A stretch of 45,093 bases of DNA from Nitrospira japonica (lineage in GTDB: Bacteria; Nitrospirota; Thermodesulfovibrionia; Thermodesulfovibrionales; SM23-35), in contig DYFC01000029.1 in assembly GCA_020725385.1 (NCBI GenBank), positions 1-45,093 of the forward strand. The letters are read 5' to 3'. This document shows, piece after piece, positions 1 to 9,692 of this stretch (position 1 is its first letter; every line of letters starts with the position of its first letter). The notes under the pieces were generated by a model. It saw only the letters and a program-made list of their open reading frames with translations. It was not told the DNA's origin and made no database searches. Made by a program: the position numbers and the translations under genes.

Positions 1-31
1 GATGCGATATTGAAGGAATAGGAGGTAGGAA

Positions 32-1549
32 ATGGCAGATAAAGAAAAGAAACGCACAGAAGGTTTGCCAGAGCCGCCGGCAGAGATAGTTGTTGCAGAG
101 ACAAAACCAAAATTTGACTGGAAAAGAGTATTTTTTATCTTATTGGGATTAGGTGTATTTTTTCTTATATATTTTATGCCGCCTTGGCCAGATGCGGTAG
201 ACCCTGTAGGGAAACATTTCACTTTATCCCAACAGGGGAAAGGAGCCATCGCCTTATTTGCAATGGCAGGCATATGGTGGGTATTTGAAGTAGTTCCGAT
301 TGGAGTAACAGGTATAGCAATTGGAGTAATGCAGGCATTATTTTCAATCCGTTCTGCAAAAGATGCATTTAAAGACTTTATGGATCCTTCGGTCATGTTT
401 ATTTTTGCATCAGTTGTAGTAGGTGTTGCATTTACAAAAACAGGATTAACAAAAAGACTTGCATATAAAATGCTTCAGATTGTTGGTGAAAAAACGAGCA
501 TGATTCTACTGGGAGCACTGGTTGTAACAGCAGGACTTGCTCATGTTATGGCACACACTGCTGCAGCCGCAACAGTTTTTCCCATTTTACTTGCAATAAA
601 TGCACTTTATGGAGAAGGTGAAAGGCCAACAAAGTTCGGCAAATCATTGTTTATCGGTATGGCATATGCAGCAGGTGCCGGGAGCGTAATTACATTTCTT
701 GGTTCTGCAAGAGCAGCAGCAGGAGCTGGAATGTTTCAGGAATTTACTGGAAGAACAGTTGGTTTTTTTGAGCTTTCAAAATACGCATTTATAATTGGCT
801 GGGGAATGGTATTTTTAATCTGGTTATACCTGATGGTTTTTCTTAAACCCGAAAAAAGCATAGTGCCGGGGTTAAGAGAAAGAGTTGGAAAACTTTCAAA
901 AGAATTAGGACCTATAACAAGAGATGAGATATTTGTCATTATAACAGTACTTGGAGCAATAGCTGTTATGTCCATGCAGTCATTTGTGCCTACTTTAAAG
1001 TCATTGGACAGAGCTGCAATAATGCTTGTTTCGACATTAATATTCTTCTTATTTAGAGTTCTTACTGTCAAAGAACTTGAAGACATTCCCTGGAATATCA
1101 TTCTTCTTTTCAGCGGTGCAATGAGTATAGGTTTCTGCCTGTGGAAAACAGGAGCAGCACAATGGATGGCTGTCAATTGGCTTGTAATGTTCCAGCACGC
1201 TCACTGGCTTGTTTTTGTTTTAAGCATAGCAACATTTGTACTTATAATGACTAATTTTATTATGAATGTTGCTGCAATTGCTATCTCATTGCCTGTTTCA
1301 TTGGTTATTGCCCCGTATCTTGGAGTTGCACCTGATGTTATTTTCTATTCCTCATTAATGACAGCAGGTATGCCTTTTATTCTTCTGATCGGAGCTGCAC
1401 CAAATGCAATAGCGTATGAATCAAGACAATTTACTACAGGAGAATTCTTCAAGCATGGATTACTATTGAGTGTTTTACTTGTTGCGTTTATAGGATTAGC
1501 AATTTTAACCTTCTGGCCGATGCTTGGAATGCCAATATTACTTAAATAA
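32..1549 (+). CDS. SLC13/DASS family Na+:anion (sulfate/dicarboxylate) symporter
   Basis: 505 aa, many TM helices, 'WWVFEVVP', 'IPWNIILLFSGA' and 'PNAIAY' DASS motifs; GGAGG RBS. Confidence 0.85.
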   Translation: MADKEKKRTEGLPEPPAEIVVAETKPKFDWKRVFFILLGLGVFFLIYFMPPWPDAVDPVGKHFTLSQQGKGAIALFAMAGIWWVFEVVPIGVTGIAIGVMQALFSIRSAKDAFKDFMDPSVMFIFASVVVGVAFTKTGLTKRLAYKMLQIVGEKTSMILLGALVVTAGLAHVMAHTAAAATVFPILLAINALYGEGERPTKFGKSLFIGMAYAAGAGSVITFLGSARAAAGAGMFQEFTGRTVGFFELSKYAFIIGWGMVFLIWLYLMVFLKPEKSIVPGLRERVGKLSKELGPITRDEIFVIITVLGAIAVMSMQSFVPTLKSLDRAAIMLVSTLIFFLFRVLTVKELEDIPWNIILLFSGAMSIGFCLWKTGAAQWMAVNWLVMFQHAHWLVFVLSIATFVLIMTNFIMNVAAIAISLPVSLVIAPYLGVAPDVIFYSSLMTAGMPFILLIGAAPNAIAYESRQFTTGEFFKHGLLLSVLLVAFIGLAILTFWPMLGMPILLK

Positions 1550-1600
1550 TAATCCCTCCTCTCTCCTCCTCTTAGACTAAGGGGAGGCTGAGAGGGGTTA
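1550..1600. repeat. GC-rich nested palindrome (REP-like hairpin, possible attenuator or terminator)
   Basis: TAATCCCTC pairs with GAGGGGTTA; inner CCTCCTCTTA-gac-TAAGGGGAGG; followed by a T-rich tract. Confidence 0.6.
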
Positions 1601-1633
1601 ATTATTTATTTTTTAGAGATAAACGGGGGTTTT

Positions 1634-2122
1634 ATGAAGGCTGAAGATTTAATGATACCTGTTCAGGATTATTTAAAACCCGAACAGACTTTAAAAGAAG
1701 CGGTTAATCTTCTTAAGACAGCAAAAAAGGGCGAAGAAAGAGTAGGCGCAAAGGGACTGCCTGTTCTTGATGAAGCAGGAAAACTCGTGGGAATGCTTTC
1801 TATGAGGGATATTCTCAAGGCAGTACATCCCACATATATGGATATAATGAATCTTGGGAAATTCACATGGGATGGAATGCTTGAAGAAGCTGCAAAGAAA
1901 ATTGCGGATAAAAAAGTTTATACATTGATGTCAAAAGATGTCATAACAGTTAAAGAAGAGTCACCCTTAATGGATGCTGTAGATAATATGATTAAAAATA
2001 ATATAAAAAGATTGCCTGTTGTTGATAACAACGGAAAAGTAACCGGAATGATATATGAGAGAGATTTATTTTTTGCAATCGTAAAATCCATGCTGAATGA
2101 AAATATAGGAGGTGAAAAATGA
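1634..2122 (+). CDS. CBS domain pair protein
   Basis: Two CBS motifs ('LPVLDEAGKLVGMLS', 'LPVVDNNGKVTGMI'). Confidence 0.9.
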   Translation: MKAEDLMIPVQDYLKPEQTLKEAVNLLKTAKKGEERVGAKGLPVLDEAGKLVGMLSMRDILKAVHPTYMDIMNLGKFTWDGMLEEAAKKIADKKVYTLMSKDVITVKEESPLMDAVDNMIKNNIKRLPVVDNNGKVTGMIYERDLFFAIVKSMLNENIGGEK

Positions 2123-3486
2123 CTGAAGAAGTAAAAGCCGCAACCGAGGTTGTCATGGGTACACAGTTTTGGGTAGCTACAGCAATATTTATTCTTGTTT
2201 ACGGATTAATAGTTACTGAGAAAATACATAAGACAATCCTTGCGATTGTAGGAGCTGCAACAATGATTATCCTCAGGATTGTCACTCAGGAAGACGCTTT
2301 CCATAACATAGAACTGGGTGTGGACTGGAATGTTATCTTCCTTCTAATAAGTATGATGATTATTATAAACATTATGAAGCCGACAGGAGTATTTGAATAT
2401 ATTGCAATAAAAAGCGCAAAAATAGCTAAGGGGAAACCTTTTGCTATCATGGCAATATTTTCAACTGTAACAGCAGTAGTATCTGCCTTTCTTGATAATG
2501 TTACAACCGTTTTATTAATAGCTCCAGTTACAATGCTTATTTGTCAAGCTCTTGAACTTGATGTTGTACCATTTTTACTTACTGAAGCAATAGCATCAAA
2601 CATAGGCGGAACTGCAACATTAATTGGAGACCCCCCAAACATTATGATAGCATCAAAAGCTCAACTGGATTTTATGGCATTTATATATCATCTTACACCT
2701 GTTATTATTATATGTCTTATAGTTTATGTCATAACACTTAAGTTTGTTTTTGGTAGAAAGCTGAAAGTAAAAGATGAGTTAAGACAAAGAATAATGGAAA
2801 TGAATGAAAAGGAAGCGATAAAAGACCCTGTTCTACTCAGGAAATCTCTTGTTGTACTTGCCATTACAATTGGAGGATTTATTTTCCACGGGATGCTTCA
2901 TTTTGAACCTGCAACAATCGCTCTTGCAGGAGCTGGTTTGCTTCTTCTTGTTTCAGGAATCAAGGAGCCTCATCATATTTTGGCTGAAGCAGAATGGGCA
3001 ACACTTTTCTTTTTCATTGGTCTTTTTATCATAATAGGTGGAGTTGTAAAGGTCGGTCTCATTAAATGGATGTCTATTAAAGTCCTTGAAATCACGCAAG
3101 GTAACCTTTTTGGAACATCAATGATTATAATGTGGTTTTCTGCTTTTGCTTCAGCTTTTATAGACAATATTCCCTATGTTGCTACCATGAACCCTTTAAT
3201 TATAGATATGGCAAAACAATTGTGGCCCAACGTTACAGGAATAGAACTTCTTCATCACCCAGATCTTATGCCTATTTGGTGGTCTTTAGCCCTTGGCGCA
3301 TGTCTTGGAGGAAACGGAACAGCAATAGGTGCATCGGCTAATGTAGTAGTATGTGGTATGGCAGAAAAAATGGGCAGTCCTATTTCATTTAAAAGATGGA
3401 TGCTTTATGGTATGCCATTAATGATTCAGTCGGTTATTATAACAACAATATACGTTTGGCTCAGATATTATGTCTTGAAAATATAA
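2119..3486 (+). CDS. ArsB/NhaD (IT superfamily) permease
   Basis: 'SAFLDNVTTVLL', 'NIGGTATLIGDPPN', 'LGGNGTAIGASAN'; ATGA overlap with the CBS gene. Confidence 0.85.
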   Translation: MTEEVKAATEVVMGTQFWVATAIFILVYGLIVTEKIHKTILAIVGAATMIILRIVTQEDAFHNIELGVDWNVIFLLISMMIIINIMKPTGVFEYIAIKSAKIAKGKPFAIMAIFSTVTAVVSAFLDNVTTVLLIAPVTMLICQALELDVVPFLLTEAIASNIGGTATLIGDPPNIMIASKAQLDFMAFIYHLTPVIIICLIVYVITLKFVFGRKLKVKDELRQRIMEMNEKEAIKDPVLLRKSLVVLAITIGGFIFHGMLHFEPATIALAGAGLLLLVSGIKEPHHILAEAEWATLFFFIGLFIIIGGVVKVGLIKWMSIKVLEITQGNLFGTSMIIMWFSAFASAFIDNIPYVATMNPLIIDMAKQLWPNVTGIELLHHPDLMPIWWSLALGACLGGNGTAIGASANVVVCGMAEKMGSPISFKRWMLYGMPLMIQSVIITTIYVWLRYYVLKI

Positions 3487-3500
3487 TTCATTTAAATATC

Positions 3501-5441
3501 TTAAGAAAGGGGCAGGGTTGCTGTCAATCTTGTCCCTTTTCCAGTAGAAGAGTCGATTAATAATTTACCATTCAGTAGTGAAATTCTTTCATGCATCCAT
3601 TTCAAACCTGCTGAATTGCCAAGGGCTTTAACTGTTGAATAATCAAAGCCTATGCCTTTATCTTCAATATTTATTAAAAGATTATTAGAATCGGCTTTAA
3701 TTAAAACCATAACTTCATTTGCACAGGAATGCCTTGCTACATTCATTAGAGCTTCTTGAATAATACGGTAAACTGCTGTCTCAATTTCAGGTTTAAAGCG
3801 CATATTCAGACCTTCGTGTGAGAAATTTACTTTTATTTTTGTCTGTGTTTTAAATCTATCAAAATGCCATAAAAGTGCGGGTAAAATACCTTTTTCATCA
3901 AGCATAAAAGGTCTTAAGTCCAGAGACATATTTTTCACTCTTGTAAGTAAATCCTGAACAGCGTTCTGAATATCAGAAAGACACGCTTCATTTTCAACCG
4001 ATTGAGTATTAATCATCATATCAAGCACATGTTTAAGTCCATTTAAGGTCTGCCCTATTCCTTCATGTAATTCACGTGCAATATATTTGCGTTCAGCTTC
4101 CTGAATTTCTATCAAACGATTTGAAAGTGTTTTTAGTCTGTCTGTATATTTACGAAGTTTTTCCTCTGTTCTTTTTCGCTCAAATATTTCATCCTCGAGT
4201 TCTCTTATAACAGCTTCAAGTTGTCTTGTCCTCTGAATAACCCTGTGTTCAAGATCTTTGTTAAGCCTTTTTATCTCTTCCTCAGCCTGCCTTCTTTCGG
4301 TTATGTCCCTTATTACAATAACAGCCCCGGTTATTTTGTCCTGTTCAACTATAGGCGCGCTTGTATATTCAACAGGGAATTTTGTTCCGTCTTTCCTCCA
4401 TACTACTTCATCGGTAATATTAAAAAAAGTTTCGCCTTTTAATAAGGTCATAAGTATAGGACATTCTTCTCTTTCATACGCTGAACCATCAGACTTTGTA
4501 TGTCTTAAAATATAATGCAAATTTCTACCAATAAGTTCTTTTTCTGAATACCCTGTCATTCTTAATAAGGCAGGATTTACAAAAACTGTTTTGCCATTTC
4601 TATCAACTCCGTATATTCCGTCACCAACAGAATCCATAATTGTTTTTAATCTTATAAAATTCTTGGTGTTTGCTTCTTCGATTTCCTTATTTCTCGTAAT
4701 GTCAGTTAAAACTGCAAATGCTCCTGTAAATTCTCCTTTAGAATTAAAAATGGGTCTTGGAGAGAATATTACATAAAAATCACTGCCACCCTTTTTCTTT
4801 CCTTTTATTTCAAATGGGCTGCAAATATTCTTTCGAATTTTATTAAACTCATTTTTAAGAATTTCCTGATTTTCAAAATTGAAAAACTTCAACACAGGAT
4901 TCCCGAGTATTTCATTTCTACTGTATCCGGTTAACTCACAAACTTTATCATTTATAAAAGTTACAATCATATTTTCATTAACAACACCGAGCCCTTCATT
5001 CATTGTCTCGATTAACATTTGATAGCGCTCCATGCTTTTTCTGAGCGCCATTTCTGTTATTTTTATTCTGAGAATAGCCTGAATGCGTGCAATGAGTTCC
5101 GGAGCAGTAATAGGTCTTGTAATATAGCCATCTGCGCCAATTTCAAGGCCTTTTATCTGACTGTTTGATGAAATTTCCATCCCAGAAATGAGAACCACAT
5201 ACGTTCCAAACATTTCAGGGTCTTCTTTTATTTTCTTGCAAAGTTCAAAACCACTGGCATCAGGAAGCATTACATCAAGAAGGACAAGATCAGGACGGAT
5301 TTCTTTAATTTTCCGCAGACACTCATTTCCGGAGCATGCTTCAGTAACTTCATAACCGGCTGATTGCAGGATTGTAGAATTTAACTGTAATAAGTCAACA
5401 TCATCTTCAACACAAAGTATCTTTGCCTTAGGGTTTTCCAT
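3501..5441 (-). CDS. Hybrid REC-PAS-PAS histidine kinase (HisKA_3/NarX-like)
   Basis: N-terminal receiver ('VEDD', 'LLDVMLP'), two PAS domains, H-box 'IARELHE', HATPase 'QEALMNVARHS'. Confidence 0.9.
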   Translation of the reverse strand: MENPKAKILCVEDDVDLLQLNSTILQSAGYEVTEACSGNECLRKIKEIRPDLVLLDVMLPDASGFELCKKIKEDPEMFGTYVVLISGMEISSNSQIKGLEIGADGYITRPITAPELIARIQAILRIKITEMALRKSMERYQMLIETMNEGLGVVNENMIVTFINDKVCELTGYSRNEILGNPVLKFFNFENQEILKNEFNKIRKNICSPFEIKGKKKGGSDFYVIFSPRPIFNSKGEFTGAFAVLTDITRNKEIEEANTKNFIRLKTIMDSVGDGIYGVDRNGKTVFVNPALLRMTGYSEKELIGRNLHYILRHTKSDGSAYEREECPILMTLLKGETFFNITDEVVWRKDGTKFPVEYTSAPIVEQDKITGAVIVIRDITERRQAEEEIKRLNKDLEHRVIQRTRQLEAVIRELEDEIFERKRTEEKLRKYTDRLKTLSNRLIEIQEAERKYIARELHEGIGQTLNGLKHVLDMMINTQSVENEACLSDIQNAVQDLLTRVKNMSLDLRPFMLDEKGILPALLWHFDRFKTQTKIKVNFSHEGLNMRFKPEIETAVYRIIQEALMNVARHSCANEVMVLIKADSNNLLINIEDKGIGFDYSTVKALGNSAGLKWMHERISLLNGKLLIDSSTGKGTRLTATLPLS

Positions 5442-5538
5442 ATAAAGGTAAAAAGGTGGTTTATTAAAATAATTTCAAAAATTATTTTAATATAGTACCA
5501 TATAAATTAAAGAAAACAATAGAGTACAATTAACATTT

Positions 5539-6681
5539 ATGAAATATTTTTTAACAACCGATGCTGTTCTAAAATTTCTCGAAGAACCTTATATTTATAA
5601 TATTAAAAATGACGAACTTTATGAGCTTGATGAAAATTCATTTAAGTTTTTTACAGATTGTTCAACTGAAAACGGTTGTTACTCAGATGATATTGAATTC
5701 ATTAACTATTCTATAACCGAGAATCTATTAACCGAAAAATACATTCCAACGAAAAGACCCCTGTTAAGAAAATCTCCTGTCCCTTCCCTGCGTTATCTTG
5801 AACTTCAGATAACAAACAAATGCAACCTAAGATGTAAACATTGTTTTGTTGAGCAGAAAAATGATGAACTTGATTTAGAACAGATTAAAAAGGTTTTATC
5901 TGAATTTGAACAGATACAGGGCTTAAGAGTAATGATTACAGGTGGCGAACCCTTAATTCATAGTAAATTTATGGAAATAAATGAAATGCTCGCTGATTTC
6001 CGTATTAGAAGGGTACTTTTTACAAATGGCTTGCTAATAAATAAAAAATTATTAGATAAGCTCAATTTTCACGAAATTCAAATCAGTATTGATGGTCTTG
6101 AAAAATCTCATGATGCAATAAGAGGCAGCGGTAATTTTAAGAAAGCTATAAATGCTGTGCAACTTACACATGATTCAGGATATGATGTTTCTGTAGCAAC
6201 AATGATACATCGAAAGAATTTAAAGGATTTTGAAAAAATGAAGGAGATGTTTATTAAAATTGGTGTTAAGGATTGGACAGTTGATATACCTTGCGAAACC
6301 GGAAGATTAAAAGAGAATCCTGATTTTCAGATAAAACCCGATGAAGGCAGTAAATTCCTTTCGTATGGTTATGGAGGCGGATTACATTCAAGTGCCAAAG
6401 GATATGCATGCGGACTTCATCTGATAGCAGTTAATGCAGATGGATATGTGTCTAAATGTAGCTTTTATTCCCATACACCGGCAGGTCATATAAATGAAGG
6501 TCTCGAGACATGCTGGTTAAGAATTAAACCGATTGAACTTAAAAGTCTTAAATGTGACTGCAATTTTCTTGAAATATGCAGGGGAGGATGTAGATACAGA
6601 GCAGAAATTTCTGGAGACCCTTTAGGAAAAGACCCTTACAAATGTTACTATTATAGAAAAAATTCAAGGGCTAAAAGATGA
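5539..6681 (+). CDS. Radical SAM/SPASM protein with PqqD/RRE-like N-terminal extension
   Basis: CNLRCKHC motif, GGEP, SPASM 'C..C..CDC..CRGGC..C'; ~80-aa N-terminus 'YIYNIKNDELYELD'. Confidence 0.85.
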   Translation: MKYFLTTDAVLKFLEEPYIYNIKNDELYELDENSFKFFTDCSTENGCYSDDIEFINYSITENLLTEKYIPTKRPLLRKSPVPSLRYLELQITNKCNLRCKHCFVEQKNDELDLEQIKKVLSEFEQIQGLRVMITGGEPLIHSKFMEINEMLADFRIRRVLFTNGLLINKKLLDKLNFHEIQISIDGLEKSHDAIRGSGNFKKAINAVQLTHDSGYDVSVATMIHRKNLKDFEKMKEMFIKIGVKDWTVDIPCETGRLKENPDFQIKPDEGSKFLSYGYGGGLHSSAKGYACGLHLIAVNADGYVSKCSFYSHTPAGHINEGLETCWLRIKPIELKSLKCDCNFLEICRGGCRYRAEISGDPLGKDPYKCYYYRKNSRAKR

Positions 6682-6698
6682 TGAAACAAGTTCAGCAT
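6678..6698. repeat. Degenerate REP-like palindrome overlapping the radical SAM stop codon
   Basis: ATGaTGAA-ACAAG-TTCAgCAT. Confidence 0.35.
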
Positions 6699-6757
6699 AG
6701 AAATTTTTATGAGTAAATTTTTGAGAAATGTCTGCATTATTCGGGTAAAATAACGTA

Positions 6758-7705
6758 ATGGAGAAAATAAGAATAGGTGTTAGTTCATGTCTTCTCGGGG
6801 AGAAAGTACGCTATGATGGCGGTCATAAACATGACCGGTATATAACCGATACTCTTGGCAACTTTTTTGAATATATTTCTGTATGCCCTGAAGTTGAATG
6901 CGGACTACCGGTACCGAGAGAAGCAATGCACCTAATTGGTGATTATAAATCTCCACGTCTTGTAACAATCAGAACCGGCATTGATCATACTGAAAAAATG
7001 CTCAAATGGATAGAAAAAAAGTTGATCCAGCTTGAGAAAGAGAATTTATGCGGCTTTATATTCAAAAGTAGATCCCCGAGTTCTGGAATTAAAGATGTCA
7101 AAATTTACAGCCCATCCGGTATGCCATCAGGAAAAGGCGCAGGTTTATTTGGAGGTGCATTCATCAAGAACTTTCCAAATATTCCTGTTATTGATGAAGG
7201 CAGACTCCATGATCCTGTTTTAAGAGAGAATTTCATTGAAAGAGTCTTTATCTTTTATAAATGGCAAAAATTATTAAAAGATTCTTATAATTTAAAGGGG
7301 TTGATGGATTTTCATACAAAACATAAACTTTTAATAATGTCCCATAGTCAAAAACATTTAAGTTTACTTGGCAAACTTGTTGCCGGTGCAAAATCAAAAT
7401 ATAAAGATAATCTATTTGCCGAGTACATAAATTTATTAACAGAAGCAATGAAGCTTATTGCGACAGTAAAGAAAAATACAAATGTTTTACAACATATAGC
7501 AGGTTATTTTAAGAACAATCTCCCACACGATGACAAACAGGAATTACTGGATATTATAGATAATTACCACAAAGGTTTTTTACCGTTGATTGTTCCTGTA
7601 ACACTTCTAAACCATTACACAAGGAAATTCAATACTTCTTATCTTAAAGATCAGGCTTATCTCAACCCTCATCCTCTGGAATTGATGTTAAGAAACCACG
7701 TTTAA
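6758..7705 (+). CDS. DUF523 + DUF1722 (YbbK/YbgA) family protein
   Basis: 'GVSSCLLGEKVRYDGGH', 'CPEVECGL', C-terminal 'YLNPHPLELMLRNHV'. Confidence 0.9.
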   Translation: MEKIRIGVSSCLLGEKVRYDGGHKHDRYITDTLGNFFEYISVCPEVECGLPVPREAMHLIGDYKSPRLVTIRTGIDHTEKMLKWIEKKLIQLEKENLCGFIFKSRSPSSGIKDVKIYSPSGMPSGKGAGLFGGAFIKNFPNIPVIDEGRLHDPVLRENFIERVFIFYKWQKLLKDSYNLKGLMDFHTKHKLLIMSHSQKHLSLLGKLVAGAKSKYKDNLFAEYINLLTEAMKLIATVKKNTNVLQHIAGYFKNNLPHDDKQELLDIIDNYHKGFLPLIVPVTLLNHYTRKFNTSYLKDQAYLNPHPLELMLRNHV

Positions 7706-7729
7706 GATGAAAGATTTATTTAAACTTTC

Positions 7730-8890
7730 TTAAATTTTATTTTTTGCAGCTTCTTTTATTAATTCCTGTCCTATAACATTTCTCTGTATCTGATTTGTGC
7801 CTTCGTATATCTGCAATATTTTTGCATCCCTCATCATTTTTTCAACGGGATATTCCCTCATATAGCCCGAACCGCCCATTACCTGTACTGCATTTGTAGT
7901 CACCCTCATTGCCATATCAGTAGCAAATACCTTTGAGATTGCAGATTCCTTAGTAAAATCCTTAGCCCCGCTGTCAACATAGCGGGCAACAGCATAAACC
8001 AGAGCTCTTGCCGCTTCAATTTCAATAGCCATATCTGCAAGCATATGCTGAACAGCCTGAAAACTTATTATAGGATGACCGAACTGAATTCTCTGTCTTG
8101 CAAACTTAAGGGCTTCTTCAAATGCACCCTGTGCAAGCCCTACTCCTTGCGCTCCAACTCCAGCCCTTGCGTTATCGAGAGTTTTCATTGCAATAATAAA
8201 CCCGAGCCCTTCCCTTCCTATTAAATTCTCACGTGGAATTCTGCAATTGTCAAAAATAAGCTCCCTTGTTGAAGATGCTCTGATACCCATTTTCTTCTCT
8301 TTCTTACCAAAAGTGAATCCAGGTGTGCCTTTTTCTACAACAAAAGCCGAAGCACCTCTTGCTCCCTTTGAACGGTCTGTTAAAGCAATAATAGTATATA
8401 TTTCAGCCTCACCACCATTGGTAATCCACTGTTTTGTCCCGTTCAAAATATATTCATTACCATCAAGTTTTGCTGTGGTCTGAATTCCTGCAGCATCACT
8501 GCCGGCATTTGCTTCGGTTAATCCGAAAGCAACAAGTCTTTTCCCGGTTGCTATATCAGGCAGATATTTCTTCTTTTGTTCTTCAGAGCCATATAGTAAT
8601 AAAGGGTATGTCCCGAGTGCGTTTGCAGCATAGCTTGTTGCAACAGCAAGACATGCTCTTGAAAGCTCTTCTACTGCTAAACATAACTCAAGACAACCTT
8701 TGCCGAGTCCACCATATTCCTCTGGTATAAATAATCCAAAAAGGTCTGACTGTGCAAGAACATTCATAATTTCCCACGGGAATTCTTCTTTCTCATCAAG
8801 TTCTGCTCTCACAGGTACGACCTTTTCTTCAGCAATCTGCCTTGCAAGATCTCTAATCATAATCTGTTCTTCATTAAGAAAATAATCCAT
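7730..8890 (-). CDS. Acyl-CoA dehydrogenase (butyryl-CoA dehydrogenase-like)
   Basis: 'FGLTEANAGSD', 'NGTKQWITNG', 'IYEGTNQIQR'; start moved to the ATG at 8890 behind GGAGG. Confidence 0.92.
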   Translation of the reverse strand: MDYFLNEEQIMIRDLARQIAEEKVVPVRAELDEKEEFPWEIMNVLAQSDLFGLFIPEEYGGLGKGCLELCLAVEELSRACLAVATSYAANALGTYPLLLYGSEEQKKKYLPDIATGKRLVAFGLTEANAGSDAAGIQTTAKLDGNEYILNGTKQWITNGGEAEIYTIIALTDRSKGARGASAFVVEKGTPGFTFGKKEKKMGIRASSTRELIFDNCRIPRENLIGREGLGFIIAMKTLDNARAGVGAQGVGLAQGAFEEALKFARQRIQFGHPIISFQAVQHMLADMAIEIEAARALVYAVARYVDSGAKDFTKESAISKVFATDMAMRVTTNAVQVMGGSGYMREYPVEKMMRDAKILQIYEGTNQIQRNVIGQELIKEAAKNKI

Positions 8891-9038
8891 TGTATCCTCC
8901 ATATCATTATTTTCAATATAAAAAATGACTTTCAATTAAAAGGGTATCTAAAATTGTAGCAGAAAATAGCTTTAATTGGAAATGAAGAAATTAACCTGAA
9001 GAAAATTCAGACATTGCAATAAAGCCTTTTAAATGCCG

Positions 9039-9088
9039 GAGATATTGAAATAAACCTGTTCTGACGGCAGGTAAGGATTCAGAATCTC
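9039..9088. repeat. Degenerate nested palindrome (REP-like)
   Basis: GAGATATTGAA...TTCAGAATCTC enclosing ACCTGT...GCAGGT. Confidence 0.4.
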
Positions 9089-9105
9089 AAATTGCATTTT
9101 TCGGG

Positions 9106-9501
9106 TTAATTTGTTTGATTCTGTATTTTGAAAGTATTATCTAATAGTTTAAGTCCTGTTAAAGCAAAGTTATCTTTACGCATTACCCACATAATACGTG
9201 CTCTCAAATCGTCATTTCCATACTTTATTTCAACAATATCGCCAATAGGAAGCATCTCGGATTGATTTATTTTGATAGTAAACCCGTTTTTTGATATATT
9301 TAAAGTTTTGGCTTCAAGATTTTTACCTTTATATATAAAAAAAATGCCGTCTTCCCTTTCTATACGTTTTTCCTTACGTCTATCGGTTCCGAATTTACCG
9401 CTGAACACAATGCCGCAATACGGACAGGGCTTGAATGCCTCTACTGAAGAACTAAAAGAATCTTTATTACATTCAGGACATGTAAGTCTTAAAATCATCA
9501 A
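9106..9501 (-). CDS. Zinc-ribbon + PilZ domain protein
   Basis: CPEC/CPYC pairs, then RxxxR (RKEKR) and NxSxxG (NISKNG) c-di-GMP motifs. Confidence 0.75.
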   Translation of the reverse strand: MMILRLTCPECNKDSFSSSVEAFKPCPYCGIVFSGKFGTDRRKEKRIEREDGIFFIYKGKNLEAKTLNISKNGFTIKINQSEMLPIGDIVEIKYGNDDLRARIMWVMRKDNFALTGLKLLDNTFKIQNQTN

Positions 9502-9692
9502 TCTTTCCTTATAGAAAATAACATAATAAAAGTTACAATTTGCTTTTGCTTTTACGCCAGAGGAGCAATGTATGCATTTTCATGTTAACCATATAAATAC
9601 TAAAATACAAACAGTTTTTCAACTAATCTAAAGGTTGAAAAAAGAAAATAATAGTTTTAATAAAAATTAATACTTTAGTTCTAAAAAGTATT

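Noticed and set aside
2119-3486. ArsB/NhaD permease as part of arsenic resistance
   Set aside because: It is a broad IT-superfamily member, ~16 kb from the ars island and in a CBS/DASS context.
6678-6716. Short ORF MMKQVQHRNFYE as a radical SAM precursor, or UGA read-through of the enzyme
   Set aside because: It is too short, overlaps a palindromic repeat and has no precursor-like composition. The SPASM domain is already complete and two UGAs occur in tandem.
8891-8935. Longer N-terminus of the acyl-CoA dehydrogenase (likewise panC 44989-45000)
   Set aside because: A GGAGG RBS lies inside the extension, just before a downstream ATG.
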